This document shows positions 11,901 through 25,448 of a stretch of DNA of 64,000 nt, piece after piece. The first letter of the stretch is position 1; each line of letters starts with the position of its first letter. A program made the translations under genes and the position numbers. The notes beneath the pieces are model-generated. The model searched no databases. It worked only from the letters and a program-made list of their open reading frames with translations, and was not told the DNA's origin. Source of the DNA: Ylistrum balloti (lineage: Eukaryota); the NCBI RefSeq assembly GCF_031769215.1, contig NW_026782078.1:496001-560000 (forward strand), read 5' to 3'.

Positions 11901-14900
11901 ATTGACAACCTCCAATTGAAAAAAATGGCTGGGTTGATTCTAGCGATTACACTATTTTAAGTGCTTGTTATGTCATACACATTTAAAGAGAAACGGTGTT
12001 GACCAGGTTTATCGTCATAACCCTATGAACTAAACATTAACAATAATACCAACCTTCATCGTTATGCGGAACAAACTTACCTTAACAGCTGATTACAAAG
12101 CTGTCTAATATGCGTGATTCCAATTGGCCATGTTTGACATTATGCTGTTTCTATAGTGATTTCGTTCGGAATAGTTATATTTTCATGTGCGATATGTTGT
12201 TTAACAATTTAGATATTTCTTAGTGTGTGATGTATTTATGTCTGTCATTTGTATCTATTTAAGGATGTGGCAATTATAATCTTTTTCGTGTTTAAAAGAA
12301 ATGTTGATAATGTCATTAATTTTTATAACACAATCATTAGAAGTTTTGAATTTGACATTTTGATGAATACATGGTTACCTTCATCAGACAAATGACCTGT
12401 GTGAAGCGTGCCAGCCCCGACGTGCGTAGGTGCGAGATGGTAAGGAATCGATCTCTTTTTGGGATATAATGAAATAGTGAGACGAGATGGTAAACATGAT
12501 AAAGGAAAAATGACACAAGATGTTAACATTATACTGTAGTCGATTCGGCTACGCTTTGTTTAAGAATATAAAGACGTGTTCATTTCATTGCCTGTATTGA
12601 CAACGTTTGTACTGTCCAGTAAATCATTTAACTTTATTCCAACATATTACATATTCATCAATAACTTTTCATTCAATAGACTTTGACAGTTTGGTGATGA
12701 TGGAGTCACACTGAGGAACTGTCGTTAGGACTACAACAAAGAAGACAGATATAGACTAATACTCCTGTTATTAAAGTCTTTTCCAATAAATCCTAATGCA
12801 TTGAATTATCGTACAGGTGAAACGTGTCTGACTCATCTATTTATCATAAATGAATTTGTCCCTGTCATATTAGGTTTGAATTACAGAGAGAAAAAAGTTC
12901 CTTTTTAAACCTCTATAATAAAAATATTATCTTAATCATGAACCTATGATAAATATACTCGAATTTAACTTTAGAAGTCATATCTGCAAAACCTTAACTC
13001 CCTATTGGGCCTCGCCTTCCTATCCCCCAAAAGCTAATAACATCTTATCTATACAATGCTGAATTGACGGAGCCCCAATAATACACTCTGTCGAATTAGG
13101 CCAAATGCCTCTTACCTGTTCTGGACACCCTTACCTCGTAAGACAGCATATCGATATTTAATTCTGACAAAGTGAAAAACGTTGTCTAAATTTTAGGTGT
13201 AGCCAACAGGATATGCATACATTTACGTTTTACAGGTTGCAAAACATATCCCGTGTTTTAAAATGATAATCTTTCAGAAAGTGTTTGTACCAGTGACAAA
13301 GAATTTTATTTGAAACATATTGTTTTAAAATTCACCTCCATTTTGCAAGCTCAAATATAAAATCTCTGCACACAGGTCAGATTTATGGTTATCCATACTC
13401 CAGTACACCTGTAGTTCTGTCTCAGATAGAAATGCTTCCCCAGTAACACGTAGTTTCCTCCTGCTTCTGTTGAACGAATCTTCTTCCATATAGCTCTGTT
13501 CTGATTGATAAAATTCATGTTTTCTGGATTGAGGTTGATTGTGAAAGATTCTGGAAGACGGCATGTTGCATAAAAGAAGTGGGTAAACAAGACCTTAATT
13601 TATGCATCACCTTACCTTTATAACGAAGAAATGGTGTGTTTCCCTTTCCCAGCCCATTTCTGGCAATTACTTTAAAATTATTGTGTACATATAAAGTTTG
13701 AAGACAGCGTAAAATGGACCAGAAGCAAGTCAATGAGATCAATAGTTTGACCATAATGTATCAACCATACTAAATTAACACCGAAAAAACAAAAACTTGA
13801 CAATAGAATCTTATCAAAACTTACATTCACTAAAACTATGGTTATATATGAACAAAAAATATTCTTCGGAGATTCATGAAAGATAGTATTTAGTTCATGT
13901 TATGGCTCTAATATTTCACATTTATGCGTGCTTTGTTACAATCCTTAGGTCCTCGCTTCACTTATTGAAGATATCTGTGAAAGACATTTTTGTTAAAAGT
14001 TTTGTTTTGGTAGTATATTCCTTGAAATCATCGATATACAGAATCATTATGATGCATGGGTTTATTGAACCTCTCTTTCTAATAAATTTAGGATTTCCTA
14101 TTTGAGTCTTTCCTTATCCCATTTTTGTGGTTCAGCGATAAATTAATTTGTACAAGAACATAAGTAACATTCCGCTAATCCGCACAGAAACCAATGTCGA
14201 TAGCATATATGTTAAATCATAATGACGGGGTATTAACATTTTCTGGTCGCTGTATTCTTGATGGTTCCATTTCAATTAAATTTTGTTGAAATTTATTATT
14301 GTCTTTATTTATAACTCATTCATAGACGTCGTTGACGGTACTTGCAGTGTCCCATATCGTACGCTTATATTGACATAAACACACACTTTGAAAAGATAAA
14401 GTTTGATACAAGGGTACTTTAATTTTTGTGATTGAAGTGACATCACTGTATCAAACAACCTGGATCTGTTGGTCAGCAATAAATAATAATAACATACCAG
14501 CGATAATTATAATTGCAATCCAGAGGTTAAAGTAAATAATTCATAGTTTATCGTTTTCATAATTGTTGTTCGTCTACAAAATGATCCACCATCTTATTCA
14601 CTAAAACCAATATAAAAGGATAATATATGGAGATATTTGACACGTGACTCACTGAGCTGAAATGTGTCCAAGTTTGGTTTACCTTGACGAATTTCAAGAC
14701 GTAGTGATGTAATTTCTTAAAATCTACAAATCACCTTTATGAATCCACATTGCCTTGGGTAAAGACAGTTACATTTAGATCTGAAACTTATTGGAATGAT
14801 GGATGGTCAAACGGACAGGGTCGTCAATCCGGGTTTAATACCTGATAAATAACGACAGTATCGACTGCACAATTCGTGATTCCTTCTGCAATTACTCTTA

Positions 14901-16082
14901 GTCAAGGTTTCATCAGGAGTGGTAATTTATGTTCAATATTTCTGGCAGCCAATTTTTAATTAATCAGTATCAATCCCTTTAAACAGAACAAATACAGCAT
15001 GAATGCATAACATATTTACAGAAGTATTTGTTAATAATATGCATTTTGTTTCAAAAGTAGAAAAAGTGAATTACCTAATTTTAATCTTACCCACTTCCAA
15101 ATGTAAAGGAACTTGAAATTCGATGGAACATGTTAGCATTTATCAATAAATTAATTTATATATAAATTTAGTCTTATGTGAAGACTGCATGAAGTCAAAC
15201 GTAAATATTACGTAAAATAGTTTTATAATCCTAAAATGTGAAAGGTGTCTATAGATTTCAAGGCCATATAATTGTTAACTGCATATTCACAGTCGTAAAA
15301 TCATGAAGTGTGACTTGAAAATTGTACAAAACACGTTCTTTCAACAAAATTTTGGATACAGGAAAGCCAACAAAATGAATTATCATAAATTACTTGTATG
15401 TTCGACGCACAGTGCGTGATTCGGTTCAATGATTAAATAATTTAACTTCCTATAGAACCTACCTCTGCCTGTTACATTGTCATATTATTTCTTCATTAGC
15501 TTACACTATTTCATGGTTCCTTTGTTATAGTACGGATGACATCACGGAAATATCAAAGTTTTCATGGTCTTCGATACTATTTTCTTTTACCCCTTTCCTA
15601 GAGAATGTTACAGAAGAAGGAAGATATGAACAAACACATATGCTTCCAGAACTGGCTATGCTTTTGAAATTCTACTTCAGATGTCTCTTAAGGTATAAAA
15701 TTTAGCTTTTAAAAAAATCATTCTCTTTCCATGTTTCTATTTTCCACATCTTTTTATACATTAAACAAAAATATCTCAATCGATATATGCTTTATTGCTT
15801 TTCAGCGAAATACATACAACTTTAATAGGTAATACAGTAGAAGGTCTTATAGCAATCAAATTGGCGATGAAATTACGTGCACGACTTGGCGGTAGGCAGA
15901 GAAAATCGGTGCTGTTATGGGTACGGGAGGGCGGTGATAGTAACATATAATTCAGTCAATGGATCACTGTAAGCCTTGATATTCAGTAGTGTTTTATTAA
16001 TCAAAATTAGAACATTTTAATCAAATATCCAATTTCATCATAGGCATGTGTATAATTGACATTTTACGATAAGTAAATATTT

Positions 16083-19000
16083 CTACAATTTGTTCTGTTT
16101 TGAAAACTTACTTCTAACTCTGTATGCTATATGATGTGATTCCTGGAATACAAGGTCAGTTCTGTCTCTAACCCTATGTACCCAATCTTTGATCACGGGA
16201 TTCGATTCGTAAAGATCTTCCTCCCAACACGTGACCAGCTGCATCAACTCACAAACGCAAAGTAGATCGGCAACTGAAATCTCGTTCCCACACAAAAATG
16301 TCTTATTGTCCTTAAGAAAGAAAGAGGCCAGACTAGAAACAGCTTTCCGCACCTGGTTTCTTTCGTTCTCTACCAGGTGCCACTGTATTGGAGCTTTGTT
16401 GAGTATCGGCAATCTTATCTATAAAATACGTTAAAAATAATTAGTTAACTATGTTAGTATATGTAATGATCACAGTTTAGAAATAAGACCGTAACTGGGA
16501 AAGATAAGAAGTCAATAGGACATAAATCGCTTACTTCATTTTGTTCACTGAAGTGGCTTCATCTTATCTAAATAAAAACATTTAAATGATTTATATTTAT
16601 TTACCCCATTGTGACCCGCTCCTCCTGCTTCTATATTCAATGACGATTCAGACCAAATATGTACAAAATTCAATCCATGTCACAGGTGTAAGTACGATTT
16701 CAAAGAGTTGGCTCCATTTCCCCCTATTTTGACTTACCGCAACTCCCGCCCCAGGAGACCGTGAGCCAACAGTTTTACAACACTGAGTTACATTCACCCA
16801 AGAATGCAAATTTTGTTCATTATCCCCCAAGTATGCTTTTGAAAAAAATTGGTCGAAATCAGCTCAGTCGTTCATGATAACATGTAGTACAAATTCGTTG
16901 AAAAGTTGACGGATGGACGACGGACATTGCGGTATGTTATAAGATGGCTTTTTCCATCGAGCCAAGTGAGCTAAAACGTTTATTGGCATCGACGCTACAT
17001 GGTGGACATCCGTTCAGCAGGTATCAGTTTGAAATATAACATTATTATCCGATAAGTCACATGAACCAGCTTTTGATCCCCCAGGGTATAGGCTACGTTA
17101 GTGCATTGGAATTCATTTGAGAAAGATCAAATCGACCTCGCTAAAGGTCAGTACAAGCACGATTAAAATGATTAGGTAATGAATTTATAACACATACATC
17201 TCTGTCAAGATGCTTATCAACATTAATTAATACCTAAAAATCTAAGGTAGTAGTCATGGTGACACAGATATGTAAGTTCACGGTTAGGAAAGTCAATTGA
17301 AAGCAATGTCCCGTTTCTAGATAAAACACCACAACTACAACAGTTTTAATAAACTTTAAAAAAAAATGATATTCCAATGTTTCCTTATTGGTACCTCTCC
17401 TTACATAAATACTTACAAGTTCCCGAAATAATGAAGTACAACTGTATCTAGTGTTCAAGTGATGCCAGTTCATGGATTCGTCAACTCTGGCCTGCGCGTT
17501 GAGATCACTACGTGGATACCAGTGGTCAGACACATTGTATTTAATGGCAAGGTATTTCAGGATAGCAACACTATAATGAAACAAATGGTCAGTTCTGTTC
17601 AATATTAGAAGCTCGCAGTAGCAGTAAAGGAAAAATCTATATTGTCTATTAATAGAGATAATACGTTTTCTTGTCTGAAAAGAATAACGAATGTATCACA
17701 ACATTGTGATATGCTGACAAAATACATATCATTATCACGGTAGGCTACAAAAATACCTGACAAAATTGTGATTAACTACCAAAATACCTAACCTAACAAT
17801 ATTGATACAAATTCAACTAAAATTATCATGATGAGCTATAAAATGTCTAACATCTTCGCGACATGACTCAAACATTATCGTAATTGACTGTAATCACTTC
17901 TATGAACTAATACTAGCGAGTGTTTTGTATCCACTGTACATATCATTCGGATGAAGGAATATCATCAGATAAATAGTTACATTCTTCACGCTATACTCAC
18001 CTCTCTGTGAGTATGAATCCGTCATCATCTATAACAGGTACCTGACAGAGAGGGGTGATCTTTCGGAACCAGTCAGTGTAGTGTTCATCTGTAAAATTAC
18101 ATCATAAAAAATAAGACTATACAGAAAATTTTATTTGGCATTTCTGAGTTATCTTTAAGATTTTGCTTTCAGCATAACATGAAAGAGATATATCAGCTGA
18201 ATTTTTGAAGACATTAAACAACTTTAGAAATAATCAGTTTTATAATTGAATACGACTTCAGTCCTAATGGATACGTATTAGTTAAGAACGTTATCCACTG
18301 TTAAAGGGAATAAAAAAGGTATGGAGTATTACCTCCTGATTCCTAAATGAGACCAACAGTAAATTGGAACAAGTGAATGTTCTATTTCGATGAATTTGGA
18401 TAGTTAGACACATTGAGCTTTATCCCAATAGTAACCATGAAAAATATCTTGGATTTATGTTATGTTTTATTTTCTATAAATCTTAAAAATCTACCTTTGG
18501 CAATATACACTAACCATGATGTTTTCCCCGGCTGCAAAAGCATTTTTGACGCACAGCGCACATAACTTTTAGGTAACTAAATTTATCTATTGTGAATTTA
18601 AATCCTAACTTCGAAAGTTGATGCAGCTGTGCGCTGATACCGAAAAACTGAATATGCGTATGCTTTCAACCTTGAACTGTAGCACACACGTCAGTGGAAA
18701 TTTTATGGGGTCGCACGTTTCAACTCATCTACTTGTATCATTAGAATTTTTTTTTAATACACTTTTTGTTAATAAACTACTTCTAGTAGAGAGTGTTGTT
18801 GAACTTCATTATTCATATTCATACGCATTGCGGTAATTCCTGACCGAAATGCGTTCGATGAGTTACATAATAGTGCCAGTGACAAAAGAGTCCTACCTGA
18901 TAATGTTAGAGATATGATAAAATTTCATTTCAATTTTCAATGTAGATTTAGGATAAAAAATATACATTTCCTAGCTTAAATCAAGATAATTTTCCTGTAT

Positions 19001-20340
19001 TTAAACAAGTTATCTAAGATATAATTTAAACATGATATTGCGTGTATGAGACATCTAATTTACTTTGTGTTTTATCTTATATATTATTATGTAATCAAAT
19101 AACAAATTGACACAGAAAATGTTTTCTCCGTGCCTTGATTCGGCAAACAAAGTTTGTCCTAACAATTTTAAAATAAAACATAAACGGTCACTGTAAATAA
19201 GTGTGTGCTCACAATTGTGTATACATCGTATCTGGTGATGACGTCCATTGGGAAGGGACACGCCGCATTTCTGCGCGAACGTGAACGGCCTGTATTGCAT
19301 ATGTAGGTAATACAAGAACACTGAACATGAGTGGTTTGCCCTGGACAGATCAGTATCACATAGATAGGAATGATAGAATAAGACATCTTACATACACATA
19401 AAATATCTCGTCAAATCTATATCTTACAAAGGATTTGAAATAAGATATAAGGGACACTTTACAAACTAAATAAAACATCTGATAAAATATGTTAAATATC
19501 TTTTAAACTTTTAGATTTTTTGCAATAGAGAAAATAAATAAGACGCGATATAGTTTAGCTTGTGATATGACTCCATTGTACCTGATTCTGACTTTGTATT
19601 GAAATGTACTACTAATTGATGTTCATTATGCTTAATGCTGTCATAGAGGATGTCAAGTTCTATAAGTTTTATCGTTATATTGATGCACGTCTTCCTTAAC
19701 CTACGATAAAAGTATTTAAATCGTTCTTTACATTTAAGTGATCACTAATTATCTACATTCATTCAGAAAGAACCAATGGTTGGTCTGGTTTGTGCTAATA
19801 TTTCACTCATTGTAAACCAAGGTATGATATTTGATTGCTTGAGCGGTTTTTCGACCCGCGAACAGCCAAAATAATTTTGAAGAATTAGAAAGTATATGAG
19901 AGTCCTAGTACAACTGGGATAAAGTGTCTTGACCAGGGACACAACAATGAACAGCACAGACCGTACCGTTTCTCAGCATAATTAACTACACCAACAGGTA
20001 ATGAGCCTCATCAAAAACTACTCCTCTCACCTGACGATGCGTAGGCCTACGTTCTATTGGCTGAGCTATAGCCGCGTCCTCGTGTAACATTTGACATCAG
20101 GCAGTATTACGTTATCGGTATACACAGAGTTCAACATATAGAACGCCATGAACCCACGAATGTTTTATCATTTACCTTTAAAACGAAACGTAAATTAAGC
20201 ATTTACATTTACAAACATAGTCCATACTTACCATTTCTTAATGCTACTGGTTTGGCTACAAAAGAAATGTTATTTATCTTCAGAAAGATGTAGACTGCGC
20301 GTGAAGGCTGTGACATCAGATCATAATAAAAGTGTAACAT
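16083..20340 (-). CDS. GSTT1: Glutathione S-transferase theta class, copy B (complete, 228 aa). Exons 20340-20232, 18088-18001, 17570-17417, 16418-16083
   Basis: 109+88+154+336 nt with canonical GT-AG, all in frame: MLHFYYDLMSQPSRAVYIFLKINNISFVAKPVALRND EHYTDWFRKITPLCQVPVIDDDGFILTES VAILKYL...FRE LIRLPILNK...SVADLL...KFSKQNKL*. Catalytic Ser (DLMSQPSRAV) and cis-Pro (QVP) are intact. Confidence 0.95.
16600..16976 (-). mobile_element. Non-autonomous MITE/HINE-like element in GST-B intron 3 (bivalve pearl/DTC84-like type, inferred)
   Basis: Terminal ttttagctcacttgg motif next to a gtccgtcgtccatccgtc microsatellite. A homologous copy sits in GST-C intron 3, so insertion predates the duplication. 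Family name is from memory; left end approximate. Confidence 0.5.
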
Positions 20341-20741
20341 TTTGATCAGGTCTTATACAGGTACAACGATGAGCTGACTGGTATAAAGTCTACTTTATTT
20401 CTCAGCTCAGGTAACGTTGTTCAACACATGGCTAGCTTAATGCTCCATTGACTAGGTGGTGCAACTGGCTGCTGAGCAAGGCATTGAGGGGAACATATCA
20501 ATTGCCAACGAAATGATGATGGAACATTAATGGGCAGCACGAGTAAAGGATATAAAATATTAGACACACGAGAAAAATATATTTGTTATTACTGAAGACA
20601 CTATTAAATATTCTATCTATTACTGGCATATTTTTGGCAGTTATTTAAGAACGAAGCGGATTGTACTTTTCGTTTTAAAACTCAAATCATTAAAAGATAA
20701 AGGACGAAGCTTGCTACACTACTCACTCATTATGACTTTGC

Positions 20742-20944
20742 NNNNNNNNNNNNNNNNNNNNNNNNNNNNNNNNNNNNNNNNNNNNNNNNNNNNNNNNNNN
20801 NNNNNNNNNNNNNNNNNNNNNNNNNNNNNNNNNNNNNNNNNNNNNNNNNNNNNNNNNNNNNNNNNNNNNNNNNNNNNNNNNNNNNNNNNNNNNNNNNNNN
20901 NNNNNNNNNNNNNNNNNNNNNNNNNNNNNNNNNNNNNNNNNNNN
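20742..20944. other. Assembly gap (203 N) in the spacer of the inverted duplication
   Basis: Run of N. Confidence 1.
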
Positions 20945-21384
20945 ATTTGTTTTATATATATAACTCTGCTTTCTAGATGTTCAGTTGCTGATTTGGTGTG
21001 ATCTTTTATAAGGTAATTTGATTTGCACTGTTTGCTGATTTCCATATGGAAATGAAAGTTTACTTGGAGTAGAAGGTCGTATTACTGGTAAACAACCTCT
21101 TAAGGTTTTTAGTTTTCTGTTTTTGAACCGGGCTTTATGATTTGTCGGTTTTATATGATGATTTGTGTTCTCTCTTTTCATTGGGGTAAATTTGCAAAAG
21201 TGTTATTTTTCAATAGTGAAAAGTAAGACTATCAATGAGATATTTATATATTTCACTGGCAAAACTGTAATAAAGAATTATACAATAATACACTGAAAGC
21301 GTGCGCTTACAACCCATTCATGTTACGAAATGCAGAACTGTCCAAAATACAATTTGCATCAATCCTTTAATCTCTAGAGTTTAT

Positions 21385-21650
21385 AAAAAGAGCTGATCAC
21401 TTTTTGTCAAGTCTAGATCATTATCAGATATATATATTTGTTATGTTTTGGTTGTACCTCGGTGATGCGTAATGTTATTTAGTGTCAGTAATTTTCTGTT
21501 TTATCTTGTTTAAATATTGAGTGTCATATAATTTCCATAATCCGCAACCATTTTCAAAATTATTTATATCTAGTTCGAATGTTATTAGTGATTGATCTGT
21601 TATGTATCTGTGTGTTTGTTCTGCTAAATTCATAAGATTATCTAACGTAA
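21385..21650 (-). mobile_element. Inverted 5' fragment of an L1/Tx1-type LINE ORF2 (end of endonuclease plus linker)
   Basis: Minus-strand translation TDQSLITFELDINNFENGCGLWKL...YLNKIKQKITDTK, then with frameshifts SDQLFL*TLEIKG. Matches the SDHS...RGxGxWK and DQLFxETLxxEIRG motifs of L1/Tx1 ORF2. Confidence 0.75.
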
Positions 21651-21899
21651 GTATAACGTTCGCTAGCATTTCTTAAAGGAGGAGTGCCAGTTTGAGGTCA
21701 TGCGGTAATGACATGACATTAATCTAAGGTCAGCTCGAGGCTGTTCAGTTGTTATAGGGGGGACGAGTGGGGAATCAAATTAATAACTATTGCAATAATT
21801 ATCAAACTAAAATATTTTTTCTAGTTTTTTTCTCTTAAATGTCATTTGATGACATATTTCAAAACCTTCATTAGAAAAAAATGACCAAAAAATATGCCA

Positions 21900-24640
21900 T
21901 TGTGAAAAGGTAATAGATATTAAAGAACTTCAAAAAAAAAAAAAAAAAAAAAAAAAATGAGTCAGAAAATATTAGAAAAGAAAAGTTAAAATGAAACATG
22001 ATAAGATCAAGAGCAAAATTTATTGAACAAGGAGAAAAGATAAGTATTTTTTTCCTGTAGTCTTGTATAAAAAAAAAACTATATAATTAAAACTATTTAC
22101 TATGTTGAAAACAATAATGGGGAACTTATCACTAGTGAGGACAAAATATTGAAGGAAATTGAATTATTTTATAAAGATCTATACTCAAAACACTCTGAAA
22201 ATATTGAGGATGTAGACTTGGACGAATTTCTTAAAGATTTTGAACTTAACATACTTAGTGACTATCAAACAAATAACATTGAAGGAGATTTGAAAGAAAA
22301 TGAAGAACTATTTGCTCTAAAAATAGGAAAAATAATTAATCACCAGAATCATATGGGTATACTTCTGAATCTAAAATTATTTTTTTGGCAAGACCTAAAA
22401 CATTTTATTATAAGATCTCTTGATGAAGGATATAGAAATGGTTACCTATCTGTTACATAAAAACAGGGCATCATAATATGTATTCCAAAAGGTAATAAAT
22501 CAGGACAATATTTACAAATCTATTACCCCTCTTAGTATAACTTACAAATTAAAATCAGTCCTTGATTCTATAATTTCTAAAAACAGGGGGTTTTTTTAGT
22601 GGAAGATACATTAGTGAAAATACAATGTTAACTTAAGACGTAATGAACTATACAGAACAATATAATATTCCTGGACAACTTATTGTCATCGCTTTTGAAA
22701 AAGCATTTGATTCCGTGTCCTGGGACTTTGTAACTAAAGTATTAATTTTATTCAACTTTGGAACTAGTATCAGGATAAAGATTCAAGTTTTTAATACAAA
22801 TACTTCTTCTGTTATCATATAGAATGGCTTTTTATCTAACTTTGTTGACATAAAATGAGGTTGTAGACGAGAGGACCCTGTTTTATCTCACCTATTTCTT
22901 TCAGTAGCTGAAATACTAGCCACTATGGTTAAAAATAATAAAAAAAACTTTAAAGGCATACGATTAAATGATAAAAAACACAGGCTATCACAGTCTGCTG
23001 ATTACACTTATTTTAAATGGCTCGAAATCTTCATTCATAGAGGCTATAAACATAACACTAAATATACTAAAGTATCTGGGCTGAAAGTAAATACAGTAAA
23101 AAGAAATGTTATTTGGATAGGGAGTAAAACGTTTAGTGCTGAAGTATACCATCATAGATGGAAACTGAAATGGGGAACAATCAAATTTACCTTAATTTGG
23201 AAGACATGGTTCATTTAGATTTCAATAAAACAATTACTTTTATAAATAGCGAGCTACAACAATGGTCCATTTTTTTTTAAAAAACCTATCGGGAGAATAA
23301 CTGTTGTTAAATCACTTAGCATTGCAAAAATGAACCAGTTGTTTACATCTCTACCTTCTCCTAGTAAGGAGTTTATACAATCTCATACAATCAAATTTAC
23401 CTTAATTTAGAAGACATGGTTCATTTAGATTTCAATAAAACAATTACTGTTATAAATAGCGAGCTACAACAATGGTCTAAAAAAATTATAAAACCTATTG
23501 GGAGAATAACTGTTGTTAAATCACTTAGCATTGCAAAAATGAACCAGTTGTTTACATCTCTACCTTCTCCAAGTAAGGAGTTCACACAATCTCTGAACAA
23601 AAAAAAATCATTAATTTCATTTGGAAAACCCCAATTGATCGAATAAAACGCTCAACAATTATTCATGATTATTGTGAGGGTGGGCTCAAATTGATTGATT
23701 TACAGAATAGTATATATGATCTGAAAATGATAACTGATAATCTGATACCTCCTTTCCAAAGACAGTGAAAGGTCAAACTTGTTGGAAGAAACATATGATC
23801 TAAAAACAAGATAGCAGAATGTATACATTTAAGATATTCAGACACAAGATATGTTCTGGAGAGATGTTTTTAAAGCATGGATTAAATTCTAAGAAATGAT
23901 AGATATTAAAAGTTATGATTATCTTTTAAAACCACCAATTTGGTACAACAGAAATTTTAATATTGGTGAGAATTCTATAATTTTTTTGACTGGTATTTAC
24001 AAAATGTAGTTTTTGGTGGAGATTTGGTTCAAGAGGATGGTTTTTAAGCTATGGTAACTTTAAAAAGAAATATGATAGAACTACTGGAAACTGTCTACAT
24101 TATATAAGTATTTATGAATCAATCAGAACATTTATGAGAGATAATGATATACCTTTTCCACATTAATGTGATATTAAGAAATAGAAATAAAAAGGACATA
24201 TACAATACTCTCATTAACCGCAAAAACACTAACACAACAATAGACAAATATTTATTTACCAATCCTGTTCAAATATCAGTTGGAATGTTTGCTTTCTCTT
24301 TCAAAAATACAAAAGACAGCAGTATTCCATAGTTTATTTTTAGACTTATTTCTAGAATACTTCCACTTAATCATTATCTAAAAATAATTAGAATTACACA
24401 ATGTGATTTATCCAAAGAAACCAAAGAAACCATTGAACACCTTTTTTTATGATTGTCAAATGACAAAAAACTTCTGGCAGGACATATGCAGATGGATACA
24501 CATAAAAACCAACCATTCTCTTGAAATTAAAAAATATATTATTTTATTTGGTAAAACATCTGACTTTCAAAAATCTATTCAAGTCAACACTATTTTTATT
24601 CATGCTAAATTATTTTATCTATTATAGACAAAAAAAAAAG
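21900..24640 (+). mobile_element. Degenerate L1/Tx1-type LINE ORF2 (RT and C-terminal region; many stops and frameshifts)
   Basis: Fragments MIRSRAKFIEQGEK; KEIELFYKDLYSK; FFWQDLKHFIIRSLDEGYRNGYLSV*KQGIIICIPKG; AFEKAFDSVSWDF; GC..EDP; SQSADY (degenerate QFADD); SGLKVN; PIGRITVVKSL; FFYDCQMTKNFW. Confidence 0.9.
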
Positions 24641-24679
24641 GAAAATGTATTCTACTTATGCTTTTTATCAATCATATGT

Positions 24680-25200
24680 TTATATGTATCCTATAAGTAA
24701 TGTGCGGAGAGTTTGAACTTACCAGCATGTACTCTCAATAAATTGGGTTATGTGTTATGAATGTATGTTCCTATGTATAAGCATGCGTGCTTTCGTGTGT
24801 ACCTAGGTGAATTCATGCGTGCACATGTGCATATGTTTTTGTGTAAGTATAAAGTTTGTATGTATGTTTATATGTATGTTTCTTTGTATCATAATTATAC
24901 TCTCAATATATAACAGATATGTGTTCTATATTTTAGTGGATACATATGTATGTGTGTTTGTGTATATGTTTATATAAGTGAGTGTGGGTATGTATGTGTG
25001 TAAGTATGCATGTGAGTACATGTATGTACGTATGCAGGTATGTGTACGTGCCTGCATATGAATGTGTGTTTGCATGCATGTATATGAGGATGCACGCATG
25101 CATCCATGTTTGTATCTATATATTCATAAAAATGTGTATCATTGCCTGTGTTAGTGTGTAAGGATGTGTCAATACATGTTTGTAATATGTAAAAAATTAT
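24680..25200. repeat. (TATG/TG)-rich degenerate microsatellite, probably the LINE 3' tail
   Basis: Low-complexity tatgtatgtgtg tract directly downstream of the LINE ORF2 end. Confidence 0.65.
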
Positions 25201-25448
25201 TCTTAGGCTTTAGTTAAAAAAACAATTACCCATACATAAAAGTAGATAATATGATTATGAAATATAGGATATGTAGTAATGTCTCACAAACTCTCTTATA
25301 TATATATAAGTTAAATGCCATAAGTTTGAAGTTAAAATCGATGTGTGGTACGATAGATCATGTGTTGAACAACGTTACCTGAGCTGAGAAATAAAATAGA
25401 CTTTATACCAGTCAGCTCATCGTTGTACCTGTATACGACCTGATCAAA

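Larger units (their letters stand above)
13900..20700 (-). repeat. Left arm of inverted segmental duplication carrying GST-B
   Basis: Reverse-complement homology to ~25359-31460, e.g. 13902-14130 vs 31205-31460, 14620-14940 vs 30361-30690, all GST exons 2-4 and intron pieces. Confidence 0.92.

Noticed and set aside
13325-13754. Three overlapping minus ORFs with a possible 65-nt intron
   Set aside because: The spliced frame terminates quickly; no family recognised.
19055-19386. ORFs as GST-B exon 1
   Set aside because: The true exon 1 is at 20340-20232; this stretch lacks the motif and a GT donor.
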